Positions 17,928-27,331 of a stretch of DNA of 64,000 nucleotides are shown here, in pieces. The first letter of the stretch is position 1, and each line of letters starts with the position of its first letter. The DNA lies in the NCBI GenBank assembly GCA_964552045.1, contig CAZKFF010000001.1, forward strand, positions 120 to 64,119, written 5' to 3'. Position numbers and translations under genes: made by a program. The notes beneath the pieces were generated by a model. The model was not told where the DNA came from, did no database searches, and was given only the letters and a program-made list of their open reading frames with translations. The DNA comes from an uncultured Candidatus Saccharibacteria bacterium (GTDB lineage: Bacteria; Patescibacteriota; Minisyncoccia; Phycocordibacterales; UBA918).

Positions 17928-18602
17928 ATGCGAATACTCGTGATCGAAGACAACGTGAAGCTTGCAGAGTCCATTAAGAAGGGCTTGGCTAAAAATGGCT
18001 ATGCCGCAGACTGTATTTATGACGGGCAGGAAGCGGCTGAGCAGTTGTTCATGAACAATCAGGATTATGACGCCGTCATTCTCGACCTCATGCTCCCCAA
18101 CCGCAGCGGGCTTGATATCTGCATGGCGGCACGTGAGCGCGGTATCAGCACTCCGATCATCGTATTGACGGCAAAAGACGAGAAGGCCGATTCCATCGTA
18201 CTTCTCAATGCCGGGGCAGACGATTACATGGTCAAGCCTTTCGCATTTGAAGAGCTTCTTGCCCGTATCCGCGCGGTGACGCGCCGTCCGAGCGAGGCGC
18301 TTCCGACAGAATTGAGCGTGCACGATGTCCGACTCAATGTGAACACGAGAAAGGTATTTGTCGGCAATGAAGAAGTGGCATTTACCCTGAAGGAGTTTGC
18401 AATACTCGAACTCTTCATGCGCAATCCAGACCGCGTGCTCACGCGCGAGTTCATTCTTGATCACGTGTGGGACTTCAATTTTAATTCATTAAGCAATGTG
18501 GTAGACGTTCATGTTAAGAATCTCAGACAAAAACTGGCAACTACTAAACAAGGAGATATCATTGAAACAGTTACCGGTGTGGGTTACCGCATCAAGGCGT
18601 AA
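17928..18602 (+). CDS. OmpR/PhoB-family response regulator
   Basis: ILVIEDN, ILDLMLP, GADDYMVKPF, winged helix NVVDVHVKNLRQKL...IETVTGVGY. Confidence 0.95.
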   Translation: MRILVIEDNVKLAESIKKGLAKNGYAADCIYDGQEAAEQLFMNNQDYDAVILDLMLPNRSGLDICMAARERGISTPIIVLTAKDEKADSIVLLNAGADDYMVKPFAFEELLARIRAVTRRPSEALPTELSVHDVRLNVNTRKVFVGNEEVAFTLKEFAILELFMRNPDRVLTREFILDHVWDFNFNSLSNVVDVHVKNLRQKLATTKQGDIIETVTGVGYRIKA

Positions 18603-19650
18603 CTATCAAAGTAACATCTTTACACGCACGTGGTGGAACATAGTCATATTCCACACTTTTTTCGTGCTCGTTATGGTCATCGTCTTCGGCTATGTGCTCT
18701 ACTACACAAAACTTAATTTGTTTTCGACCGTCAATAATATGCTCGACGTGATCATCCAGGGCGGGACCGTCGATGCCGCCTTGATCACCCGCACCTCGAG
18801 CGCGCTCGATCGGATCAATTTTCTCGTATTGTCCAGCATGGTGTTCTTTGCTGCAATAACCGGAGTCCTCGCAGCACACATCACACTTGTGCCGACGCGC
18901 AATGAGTTTGCCCAGCGCAAGAAATTCATTACTGCGGTGGCGCACGAGCTGCGTACTCCGCTTGCGGTCTTGCGGACGAGCAATGAGGTGGCACTGTATG
19001 ACGTATACGACACCGAGTCCGTGCGCAGTACGCTTGAAGAGAATATCGAAGAGACCAAGCATATGGCTAACATTCTCAACAATCTTGTCATCTTCAGCCG
19101 CGTGGAAACGGAGGAATCCCTGTCATTTGAACGGGTCGATCTCAATACCGTACTGCAATCCGTCGGGAAGAAACTGGAGAAATTCGCCGACAAACATGCG
19201 GTGACGCTCGCTATTGAACATTCAGAACTGCCGCTCATCTCTGCAAATCTTACCGCCATTGAGCAGATATTCTATAACCTCATCAAAAACGCGATCATTT
19301 ATTCAAAGCCGGAAGGAGGCACGGTGAACACCAAAGTGACCGCGACGGCAACACACGTCACCATAGCCATAACCGACAACGGTATTGGCATGTCGCAGAG
19401 GAACCTGAAACATATCTTCGAGCCCTTCTTCCGCATCAATCCGGACAGTTCCCCCTCGGCTGCCGGAACAGGACTCGGCCTCGCACTGGTGCTCGAGATC
19501 ATGAAGATCCACAAAGGAACGATCCAGGTGGAAAGCCAGGAAGGGATTGGTACGACCTTCACCCTGCAGTTTCCCCTTGCTGCGGCCACGCTCATCAATG
19601 AACCGCTCCCGCAGAGCGAGCGGTCTGTCACCTTCTCGTTTGAGAAATGA
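18562..19650 (+). CDS. Sensor histidine kinase (two TM, short extracellular loop)
   Basis: AHELRTPL, NLIKNAIIYS, DNGIG, FEPFFR, GTGLGL. Start uncertain; in-frame TTG 18562 has aaggag 6 nt upstream. Confidence 0.9.
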   Translation: MKQLPVWVTASRRNYQSNIFTRTWWNIVIFHTFFVLVMVIVFGYVLYYTKLNLFSTVNNMLDVIIQGGTVDAALITRTSSALDRINFLVLSSMVFFAAITGVLAAHITLVPTRNEFAQRKKFITAVAHELRTPLAVLRTSNEVALYDVYDTESVRSTLEENIEETKHMANILNNLVIFSRVETEESLSFERVDLNTVLQSVGKKLEKFADKHAVTLAIEHSELPLISANLTAIEQIFYNLIKNAIIYSKPEGGTVNTKVTATATHVTIAITDNGIGMSQRNLKHIFEPFFRINPDSSPSAAGTGLGLALVLEIMKIHKGTIQVESQEGIGTTFTLQFPLAAATLINEPLPQSERSVTFSFEK

Positions 19651-19692
19651 GCTTCACGCTATGCTCATGCATACATGCGCATACTTACATGC

Positions 19693-20319
19693 ATGCGCAT
19701 GTTCCAGTCATCTCTGTGGATCAAATACCTTATACTTACAACACTCATCGCCATCGGTGCGTATCAGCTCTTGCAACGGGATTGGCACTCGTTTCTAATG
19801 GTGAGCCAGGCATTTGTCTTCAGTCTCATCCCTACATTTCTACGGAAAGCATATGGTGTGCGCACGCCGCATATCCTGCAGGCAGGAGTCGCTATCTTTA
19901 TGTTTGCGACCATATTCCTCGGTGAAGTAGGCAATTTTTATGAGCGGTTCTGGTGGTGGGATCTCATCTGGCATACGCTCGCCGGGGTCGTGTGCGGTCT
20001 AATCGGCTACATCATCCTCATACTTACCTACCGCAGGCAGAATGTGCAGCTCAACCCCGTCTTCAGTTCCGTGTTCGCAGTTTCTTTCTCGCTTGCCCTG
20101 AGCACTTTCTGGGAAATAATAGAATTCGCCGTCGATCTTGCATTGAATACGAATATGCAACCAAGCGGAAGCGACACAATGTGGGATCTGATTGTGGGCC
20201 TTTTCGGAGCGCTTATAAGCGCAGCAGGTGGCTTCCGGTATCTCCAGTACAGCGAGCATATCGGAATGAACGCCATCATTGACGATGGCGTTCGTAGAAA
20301 TAAGCATCCGTATTGGTGA
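19693..20319 (+). CDS. Integral membrane protein (DUF2238/YjdF-like)
   Basis: Multi-TM with FYERFWWWDLIWH, WEIIEF and DTMWDL motifs. Start uncertain. Confidence 0.75.
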   Translation: MRMFQSSLWIKYLILTTLIAIGAYQLLQRDWHSFLMVSQAFVFSLIPTFLRKAYGVRTPHILQAGVAIFMFATIFLGEVGNFYERFWWWDLIWHTLAGVVCGLIGYIILILTYRRQNVQLNPVFSSVFAVSFSLALSTFWEIIEFAVDLALNTNMQPSGSDTMWDLIVGLFGALISAAGGFRYLQYSEHIGMNAIIDDGVRRNKHPYW

Positions 20320-20324
20320 AGCCT

Positions 20325-20531
20325 TCAGGCGAGGCCGTATGCCTCCCGTACTGCCTTCCAGGCTGCGGTGACCGCGACTTCATTGAGCGTATGCTCGTCA
20401 TCATACGCACGGGAACGTTCGTGCTGCCTCCATACCCGGTCGTATGCTCTCGTGAATATTTTTCGTGCATGGGGCGCTGCAAGCAATGATTTGAATACCG
20501 ACTCAGGGAGCTCCTCTTGTGAATACAACAT
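20325..20531 (-). CDS. chaB: ChaB-family protein
   Basis: LYSQEELPESV...PHARKIFTRAY..VW...AWKAVREAY. Confidence 0.75.
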   Translation of the reverse strand: MLYSQEELPESVFKSLLAAPHARKIFTRAYDRVWRQHERSRAYDDEHTLNEVAVTAAWKAVREAYGLA

Positions 20532-20588
20532 AGAACAAAAATAACTTTTACCTACTAATGCAACTCTACGTTGCCTGTAGTGCAGGTA

Positions 20589-20662
20589 AGCATACACGGC
20601 CGTCATGAAGAAAACATGAACAGGTCGCACATCATTTTCTTTTCATGTTTGCTGCATATAAT
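20589..20662. promoter_or_regulatory. Back-to-back box-dependent promoters for chaB and DUF892
   Basis: Minus: GTTCAT-N5-CTTCAT (20621-20605), 10 nt, TATGCT (20594-20589). Plus: CATCAT-N5-TTTCAT (20630-20646), 10 nt, TATAAT (20657-20662), 7 nt, ATG. Confidence 0.65.
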
Positions 20663-20669
20663 CGGTATT

Positions 20670-21203
20670 ATGAGCCGTCTAACCTCTCTGCATATGGAAA
20701 ATCTATCCGCGGTGTATCTCTTTATGATCAACAATATGTGGGACATTGAAAATCAGCTTGTCCTGCAGTTGCCGAAGCTGAGTGCTCTTTGTACCAACCC
20801 AGAGCTGCATCAGACGCTTCAAGATCACGCACAACAGACGCAGGATCATAAAATGCGTCTGGAGGAGCTGCTGCAGCACCACCTGCAGCAGCTCTCCTAC
20901 GAGCAGGACAGCGCCTTTGAAGCCTTCCTTCAGAATGCCGCATCCACTGTTGCGCTTATTTCAGACAACAATGTGAAAGATGCATATGTTCTGGCATCTG
21001 CATCGACCATTGAGCATATTGAAATATCGCGCTATGAAACACTGCTGGAATGGGCAAAGCTTTTAAATGACGAACTCGGCATTGAGCTACTGAGGCGCAC
21101 CCTTGAGGAAGAAGCGGCAGCGCAAGCGAACATATCCTCGCTCGCTGTAGGTACGGTTTTTAAGCTCGGTCTTGATGAAAAAGCCGCTGAAAGCGGCAAG
21201 TGA
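20670..21203 (+). CDS. Ferritin-like DUF892 (YciF/YciE) stress protein
   Basis: E.QL...LPKL, H..QT..H..RLE, IEHIEISRYETL.EWAK, TLEEE. Confidence 0.85.
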   Translation: MSRLTSLHMENLSAVYLFMINNMWDIENQLVLQLPKLSALCTNPELHQTLQDHAQQTQDHKMRLEELLQHHLQQLSYEQDSAFEAFLQNAASTVALISDNNVKDAYVLASASTIEHIEISRYETLLEWAKLLNDELGIELLRRTLEEEAAAQANISSLAVGTVFKLGLDEKAAESGK

Positions 21204-21207
21204 ACGG

Positions 21208-21380
21208 TCATATACAGAACCGGAGCAATAGCGTTGTGGCCTGTGTGATTCCGATGCGTGGCGTTACTGTGATATGCGCTTGTTCCACAGCAAGATCACT
21301 TTCTCGATGAGGGTCCGAACGACATCCTGCGTGGGGCGGTCGAAGAAAGTGCGAGCAAAGGGAGTGAAATGACGAGCCAT
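21208..21380 (-). pseudogene. Internally deleted DNA-3-methyladenine glycosylase (MPG/AAG) remnant
   Basis: From ATG 21380 (TGATG overlap with the upstream stop): MARHFTPFARTFFDRPTQDVVRTLIEKVIL, an MPG-like N-terminus. In another frame: ITVTPRIGITQATTLLLRFCI*, an MPG-like C-terminus. Confidence 0.7.
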
Positions 21381-22126
21381 CACTGCAGCGGAGCAAAAAT
21401 CATCGTGCCGTTGTCCCTGTTGAGGTTCAACCGTAAGAGATCTTCATCAATGACGAATGAATCAGTGAGCATAAGGTCATTCGTATATGCGGTCTCCAGA
21501 GAGCCCTCACAGTACATTTTCGTTGCGATAGCAGGACTCAGGCTCAACACCTCTTTGTCAACCACGAACGTACCGGACAGCGCATTACAGTCAGTTGAAC
21601 TTGTATACTGCTCTGTCGGCAGAAATGACAGCACAAACGACTCTCCATCCGGTTTTACCGTACTGCCGTCGGCTTTCTCTGTGCGCTGCCAGACCCAGGC
21701 ATTTCCCAGGAGAGGACTCTCCACCTTCTGTGCCTTACCCGTAACCTCCAATGAGTCAGTTACGGAAAAAATACCCTGTATTGGATACTTCTCCCAATAA
21801 TCAGTGCTGAGATCTTCGATAGGTGTCATAACACCCGATGCGCTGATCATATCCCCTGCAACCAGAGCGGGCGCAGGTACCGAAAGCAGTCCAAGGTCAA
21901 GCGCATAATATGCTCCGTTGATATTCCTGATGCCAGCTGCGCAGTCAGCGGTCGGTTGCTCCATGTGATCTGTCGTCGGAAGACACAGGTATTCACCTTC
22001 CATGCTCACCGATTCTTTATTCGGCGCATCAGCCTGCTTTTCCTGATAGATGTAGCTGTTGAGCCAAAAGAACGCGAGTACAAGGAGCATGAAGATCCCA
22101 CCGACTCCCAGTGCAATTTTTTTCAT
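21380..22126 (-). CDS. Membrane-anchored META (HslJ-like) domain protein
   Basis: N-terminal TM. C-terminal W.W..., STDCN..SGTF and IATKMYCEG. Confidence 0.8.
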   Translation of the reverse strand: MKKIALGVGGIFMLLVLAFFWLNSYIYQEKQADAPNKESVSMEGEYLCLPTTDHMEQPTADCAAGIRNINGAYYALDLGLLSVPAPALVAGDMISASGVMTPIEDLSTDYWEKYPIQGIFSVTDSLEVTGKAQKVESPLLGNAWVWQRTEKADGSTVKPDGESFVLSFLPTEQYTSSTDCNALSGTFVVDKEVLSLSPAIATKMYCEGSLETAYTNDLMLTDSFVIDEDLLRLNLNRDNGTMIFAPLQ

Positions 22127-22264
22127 GCCTGCAGTATATCATTTTTGAGTAACGTGTCCTGCTGTCTCCTAAAGCGTATCAGCCTTCAAAAACAAGTGGA
22201 CGTGTACAACGCCTAAAAATAGAGTATAGTCGGTGCGGGTAATAGCAACAGGCGGGGAATACAC

Positions 22265-22723
22265 ATGGCGTATACACGCGATCACGGCGCGCTCGCGCTC
22301 CGGTACCTTATGGTGCGGAGCAAAGATGGACTGACCCACTATGAAAAATTGCACGGGGCGCTTTTCTTTCAGGAAAACTTCTCTACTTTCCTGCAACACG
22401 GCAGAGAGTGCCACCGGTGCGCGTGCGAAGCGCATGTGCCCTACTTCAGTGTTCTGCTCGCCTTCCGCCTGTACGGCGGCATTACAAGCGAACCTGACGA
22501 TCTTTTTTTATGGATGTGCTACATCTATGTGCTGTATATCATGGAGCAGGATGTGTTCGACATCGGTCAAGCGGGCTACTCGCGCATGCAGTACTATGCG
22601 TCGGAGCTTGGCGTGCGCGAAGAGGACATGCTCATCTTCTACCGGGAGCTCGCTGACGATCTTTGGGAACTCCGTTTGGAGAAACTTGTCGGTTTGCCGG
22701 TGCGCGTGAAGCTCGCATCGTAA
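22265..22723 (+). CDS. Hypothetical protein
   Basis: Clean ORF with a purine-rich SD and its own downstream terminator. Confidence 0.6.
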   Translation: MAYTRDHGALALRYLMVRSKDGLTHYEKLHGALFFQENFSTFLQHGRECHRCACEAHVPYFSVLLAFRLYGGITSEPDDLFLWMCYIYVLYIMEQDVFDIGQAGYSRMQYYASELGVREEDMLIFYRELADDLWELRLEKLVGLPVRVKLAS

Positions 22724-22732
22724 GACCTGCAA

Positions 22733-22759
22733 AAAGGCGCCGCAAACTGCGGCGCCTTT
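22733..22759. terminator. Bidirectional terminator
   Basis: aaaggcgccgca-aac-tgcggcgccttt. Confidence 0.75.
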
Positions 22760-22769
22760 ATCAGTTATT

Positions 22770-23987
22770 TTAATCTATGAGCTTCCACAGGCCCGAATCC
22801 TCTTCTCCGTCGATTTTGAAGATCGCAACGCCCCGGAGCCCATATTCCTCTGCAAGCGCCATCTTCTCCTCTATGGCACCGTCATCACTGTAGCCCACGT
22901 ATCGCACCGGCACGGTCATCCCGGTTGCGTTCGCAAACAGCAGCGCTTTTGCTGCAGCCTCATTGCCCTGCCGTGTTCCCTCCGGAGTCGGCAACGCGTT
23001 GAGCACCTTGTAAATCGACGACTCAGGGAAATACGTGTAGCTGAGCTCCCCCGCTTTATTGCGTCCTGGTTCGACGTCATATTCCTCAGCGATATCAAGA
23101 ATGTCAGGGATATTCAGTGCGCCGATGCGCTTGTAATTGCTATACCAATTGGGCGCAACAGCAATTTCGTAATGATACCCGTATGTCGGAATCCCAAGCA
23201 GTATCTTGTCCTCAGGAATGTCCTCAAGCGCAAGCTTGATGACCTTCTCCACCCAGTCAGCGTCCGATACCGGGAAGTACGGTTCGCCTGACTTAGACTC
23301 ATTGAGGTGCAGGTCAGCACGCTGCTGATCGTACGCCATGATCTCAACCCGATCGCAGTATTCCCCGATCGCTTCATAGTCATTGGCATACTCTAAAACC
23401 TCGGGTACATTCGTATAGAGCGAGGACGGCGGCGTGCGAGCCTCTACGGTACACGTGAGCATCTTATCCTCATCCTCGAGCTCGTCCTTCAACTCCTTTA
23501 GGAATTGTGAGAAGTGGTCTTTTGTGGAGGAGAGCTTCTCCTCATAGTCGATATCAATGCCGTCAAAGTCGTGCTCCTCCACCTCATCCATGATCGCATC
23601 AATGTGCTTTTTGCGGAGGCTCTTATAGCTTAAGTTCGCGTGCACGCTGCCGCCGTCGCTTGTCATGACCGTCGGAATTACCTCCACGTGGTTCTTGCGG
23701 GCAAGCTTGATGAATTTCCTCCATTCGCTGTCGGAAAGCCCTGCCAAGTCCTTGATGCTGCCGTCGCTTTGGAGAGTGTATGCAAACGGGAATACCATGT
23801 CGAGATCATCAATGTGCTTCGTCGCATCCTTGACCCCTTTGGAGTCAGCCCAGTATGGGATCCAACCGGAAACCTCGAGATCCTCATACTCGGCGGCAAA
23901 CGCAAAGATGGGGAATGAGTTGAAGATGATAAGCAATCCGATTGCGGTTACGAGCGCGTGAAATAACAAACGTTTAACTAAAGTCAT
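22770..23987 (-). CDS. Secreted GH18 glycoside hydrolase
   Basis: Signal peptide, FDGIDIDYE (DxxDxDxE), IMAYD, KILLGIPTYG. Confidence 0.9.
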   Translation of the reverse strand: MTLVKRLLFHALVTAIGLLIIFNSFPIFAFAAEYEDLEVSGWIPYWADSKGVKDATKHIDDLDMVFPFAYTLQSDGSIKDLAGLSDSEWRKFIKLARKNHVEVIPTVMTSDGGSVHANLSYKSLRKKHIDAIMDEVEEHDFDGIDIDYEEKLSSTKDHFSQFLKELKDELEDEDKMLTCTVEARTPPSSLYTNVPEVLEYANDYEAIGEYCDRVEIMAYDQQRADLHLNESKSGEPYFPVSDADWVEKVIKLALEDIPEDKILLGIPTYGYHYEIAVAPNWYSNYKRIGALNIPDILDIAEEYDVEPGRNKAGELSYTYFPESSIYKVLNALPTPEGTRQGNEAAAKALLFANATGMTVPVRYVGYSDDGAIEEKMALAEEYGLRGVAIFKIDGEEDSGLWKLID

Positions 23988-24074
23988 ATATACAAATATG
24001 ACGCCTTGAACTACAATCTCTTACACAGCAACGCGCGCTGTTCTGTTGCGTAGTGCGCAACGTGATGCATACCT

Positions 24075-24674
24075 ATGAAATTCTCTGAAAACACAAAATA
24101 CATGGCTGCCACGATCGGCCTTCTGCTGCTCTGCGCAGCCTATGGACTCTATCACTATGGGGATACGCTCAGAGAGCGGTTCTTCCCTGTTGCTACACAG
24201 GCAGTGCATGTCCATGCCGATTTTTCTTTTTATATACTCGGAGAGAGGGTCGATCTCACCGCAGAGAAGTACCAGTCGAGCGCAGAAAGTGTGAAGCATC
24301 CTGATGTACATTTCCACGACGGAGTCGATACGCTGATCCACCGGCATGCGGACGGCACCACGCTCGGCACATTCATGGCGTCGCTCGGGTTTACGCTGAC
24401 CGATTCGTGTGTCACTACGGACACGGGAGCGGAATACTGCACCGACGATACCAATGCGCTGCTATTGTTTGTAAATGGCATGGTTGCTGATAGTCCTTCA
24501 ACGTATATTACCCAGGAGGAAGATCGTCTCCTTTTGTATTACGGCGATCCTCAGTCGGCCGATATACGCCGGCTCCAGGCAGAGATCACTGATGAAGCGT
24601 GCATATACTCCGGAAACTGTCCCGAGCGTGGAGAGCCTCCGTTTGAGACCTGCGGTTTAACGTGTGAGATATGA
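24075..24674 (+). CDS. Membrane-anchored His/Cys-rich hypothetical protein
   Basis: N-terminal TM, HVHADF, HFHDG...IHRH, C-terminal CIYS..CPERG.PP.E.C. Confidence 0.7.
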   Translation: MKFSENTKYMAATIGLLLLCAAYGLYHYGDTLRERFFPVATQAVHVHADFSFYILGERVDLTAEKYQSSAESVKHPDVHFHDGVDTLIHRHADGTTLGTFMASLGFTLTDSCVTTDTGAEYCTDDTNALLLFVNGMVADSPSTYITQEEDRLLLYYGDPQSADIRRLQAEITDEACIYSGNCPERGEPPFETCGLTCEI

Positions 24675-25003
24675 ATCCTGTGCAGGGTAGTTTCAGCAGC
24701 AGAGTGTGGGAGCTGGCACTGTCCATTCCCGAAGGCCGCGTCACCACATACGGCGCACTTGCCAGAGCTGCAGGTGGCACTGGTATGGCAGCACGCAGCA
24801 TAACGAGCATACTCTCAAAATCGCCGAATGTTCGCGCTATTCCCTTCCACCGCATAGTCTACGCAAACGGCAGGGTCTGGCTCGACCCCGCGCATGAAAA
24901 AAATCGCCGCGCTTTGTACAAGAAAGAGCGTATACTCGTCGATGCAAATGGACGCATCACAAATTTTGATGAGGTTTTCTATGATTGCCGTGAGCAATTT
25001 TGA
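24671..25003 (+). CDS. Alkyltransferase-like (ATL/MGMT family) protein without catalytic Cys
   Basis: IPEGRVTTYGALARAAG...ARSI and PFHRIV in place of PCHRV. Confidence 0.85.
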   Translation: MNPVQGSFSSRVWELALSIPEGRVTTYGALARAAGGTGMAARSITSILSKSPNVRAIPFHRIVYANGRVWLDPAHEKNRRALYKKERILVDANGRITNFDEVFYDCREQF

Positions 25004-25147
25004 CAGTATATGAAGTGTGTGTTATGTTGTACGCAACTTAAGAAACTCGTGTGGGGCTCTTGAGATGCAGACGGACCAGTCTTGGCGTTTGATTTATTTA
25101 CCTGCACAGCCCAAGCCGTTTTCGGCTTTAACACAAACCTAAACCCA
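25000..25147 (+). promoter_or_regulatory. Promoter and structured 5' leader of the DEAD-box helicase
   Basis: TTGACA (25000), 17 nt, TATGTT (25023). Stems gggct/agccc and tgcag/ctgca, hairpin aagccg-tttt-cggctt. Confidence 0.55.
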
Positions 25148-26479
25148 ATGAATACAACATATAACCGACAGGGTCGGAGCGGCAATTCGAGCTCACATCC
25201 CCGTCAAACAGGCGCACGCGGCGGGCATTCCCGCTCTTTTAGTCATACACGCCCCTCACATGCACCCTCACATCACAGATCATCACGACCAAAGAGAACG
25301 TTTCATGGCGGTTCGAGCCGCTCCTGGAGTTCGCACCGCGATAACAGCGACCGTCGTCGGGGAGGACGCAAAATGCCGACATTCGATCCCTCGCAGTTCA
25401 TCAACAAGAATCCGGTAGATCAGAAAGAGGTGGCATACGAAGCAAAGCATAAGTTCACCGATTTCGGGCTCGACAAGAAGTTCGCATATACCATCACCTC
25501 AGGCGGAATGACCGTTCCGACCCCCATCCAGGACCAGATCATTCCGATCATTCTTGATGGAAAAGACGTTATTGGTCTCGCTGAGACAGGAACCGGAAAG
25601 ACGGCTGCATTTCTGATCCCACTCATTCAGAAAACCCTCAAAGAATATGGCCGACAGACACTGATTCTTGCACCGACACGGGAACTCGCCATCCAGATCG
25701 AAGATGAGCTGCGCAAGCTTTCTTCTGGCTTCAAACTCTTCTCTACCATTTGTGTCGGAGGTACGAGTATCCGGCCGCAGATACAAGGATTGCGCAGGAA
25801 GAACCATTTCATCATCGGGACGCCAGGTCGCGTACTCGACCTTATCGAACGCGGTAATATTCGTCCGCAGCACATCCGTACGGTAGTCCTTGATGAAGCT
25901 GACCGAATGCTCGACATGGGGTTCATTCATGATATGCGTAAGATCCTTGAAGACATTCCCACCAATCACGAAACGCTTTTCTTTTCAGCGACCATGTCAA
26001 AAGAGATCGAAAAGCTTGTGCTTGACTTCCTTCATGAGCCGGTGACGGTATCGGTGAAGAAGAAAGACGTGACCAACAGCATACAGCAGGATGTCGTACG
26101 GTACGGAAACCACAACAAATTCGAAACGTTGGTCGAGCTTTTGAACAGTGATGAATGCAAGCGCGTGCTTATCTTCGGGGCGATGAAGCACAGCGTTGAG
26201 AAGCTCAGCAATGAACTGTCGCGCGCCGGCATCCGTTCGGAATCGATCCATGGCAACAAATCACATGGCCAACGCCAGACAGCGCTCAAGAAGTTCAAGA
26301 GCGGCAATGCAAAAGTGCTTGTGGCAACTGACGTTGCCGCGCGCGGCATCCACGTGGACGGGGTCACGCACGTCATCAATTATGACCTGCCGAATACCTT
26401 TGAGGATTATGTGCACCGCATCGGCCGCACTGGCCGCGGCAGTGCCAAAGGCAAGGCTCTGACATTTGTACAGGAATAA
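25148..26479 (+). CDS. DEAD-box RNA helicase
   Basis: PTPIQ, AETGTGKT, PTRELA, TPGR, DEAD, SAT, ARGIH, HRIGRTGR. Arg/Ser/His-rich N-terminal tail. Confidence 0.95.
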   Translation: MNTTYNRQGRSGNSSSHPRQTGARGGHSRSFSHTRPSHAPSHHRSSRPKRTFHGGSSRSWSSHRDNSDRRRGGRKMPTFDPSQFINKNPVDQKEVAYEAKHKFTDFGLDKKFAYTITSGGMTVPTPIQDQIIPIILDGKDVIGLAETGTGKTAAFLIPLIQKTLKEYGRQTLILAPTRELAIQIEDELRKLSSGFKLFSTICVGGTSIRPQIQGLRRKNHFIIGTPGRVLDLIERGNIRPQHIRTVVLDEADRMLDMGFIHDMRKILEDIPTNHETLFFSATMSKEIEKLVLDFLHEPVTVSVKKKDVTNSIQQDVVRYGNHNKFETLVELLNSDECKRVLIFGAMKHSVEKLSNELSRAGIRSESIHGNKSHGQRQTALKKFKSGNAKVLVATDVAARGIHVDGVTHVINYDLPNTFEDYVHRIGRTGRGSAKGKALTFVQE

Positions 26480-26515
26480 ACAAAAGCGCGAACCCGAAGG
26501 GGTCCGCGCTTTTGT
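26480..26515 (+). terminator. Intrinsic terminator
   Basis: acaaaagcgcg...cgcgcttttgt. Confidence 0.7.
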
Positions 26516-26667
26516 AACAGAGCCATATGTTCTTTTCATCGTACTTTCATGGATCGGGTGTAAGAAATCCTGGGTTGATGCGTCTTAGCGCACGGGAGGA
26601 GGCAATTTGTTGCGTGTATGTGCAGCAGCCCACAGTAACTACATTCTCACAACAGGGTACCTCCTAT

Positions 26668-27033
26668 ATGAAAGTACATCGTGTTCTTCGTGCAGTCCTG
26701 CTTGCGACTGCAGTGTCTTTCGGCGTAACTGGTGTTGCGTCCGCCGCTGAGACCTGCAGAGCAAGCTGGTATGGCCCCGGCTTCAATGGCAATACCATGG
26801 CCAATGGAAACCGGTTCAACCAGAACGATGCGTCAGTGGTCGCCCACAAGACACTCCCGTTCGGCACAAAGGTCCGCATCACCAATCTCGACAACGGAAA
26901 GGCCATCATCGCCGTTGTACAAGATCGCGGGCCGTACCATAAGGGACGTTGCGTCGACGTCTCGAAGGCAGGGGGTGAGAAGCTTGGGCTCATCGGGCCC
27001 GGCACTGCGCGTGTACGCGTGCAAACACTCTAG
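26668..27033 (+). CDS. rlpA: RlpA-family lytic transglycosylase (DPBB domain)
   Basis: Signal peptide, ASWYGPGF.G..MANG, AHKTLPFGT.VRITN, DRGPY, R.VD.S. Confidence 0.88.
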   Translation: MKVHRVLRAVLLATAVSFGVTGVASAAETCRASWYGPGFNGNTMANGNRFNQNDASVVAHKTLPFGTKVRITNLDNGKAIIAVVQDRGPYHKGRCVDVSKAGGEKLGLIGPGTARVRVQTL

Positions 27034-27331
27034 CCGCACCGCTCAAGGGTATTTGTGACCATTGAGCAACCATCCAGGGCTTCCTGCGCATGCGCAGGAA
27101 GCCCTTTTCCATAGAATGCTTGGTATACTTCAGGTATATGAAAGCGATCATCGGAGCTATTCTGCTGTTTGTCTGCCTTTTGCTGCTCAACGCATTCTTC
27201 TCTTAATTGACAAAGCAGCTTTATATTGTAAAGTTGGCCTGGAATTCCTGTCCGTATGGACAGGTCGCTGGCGCGCCAGTAGGAGGGTACCGCTTCTGCC
27301 CTGGATAAGAAGCCGCATGAGGATATGCACC

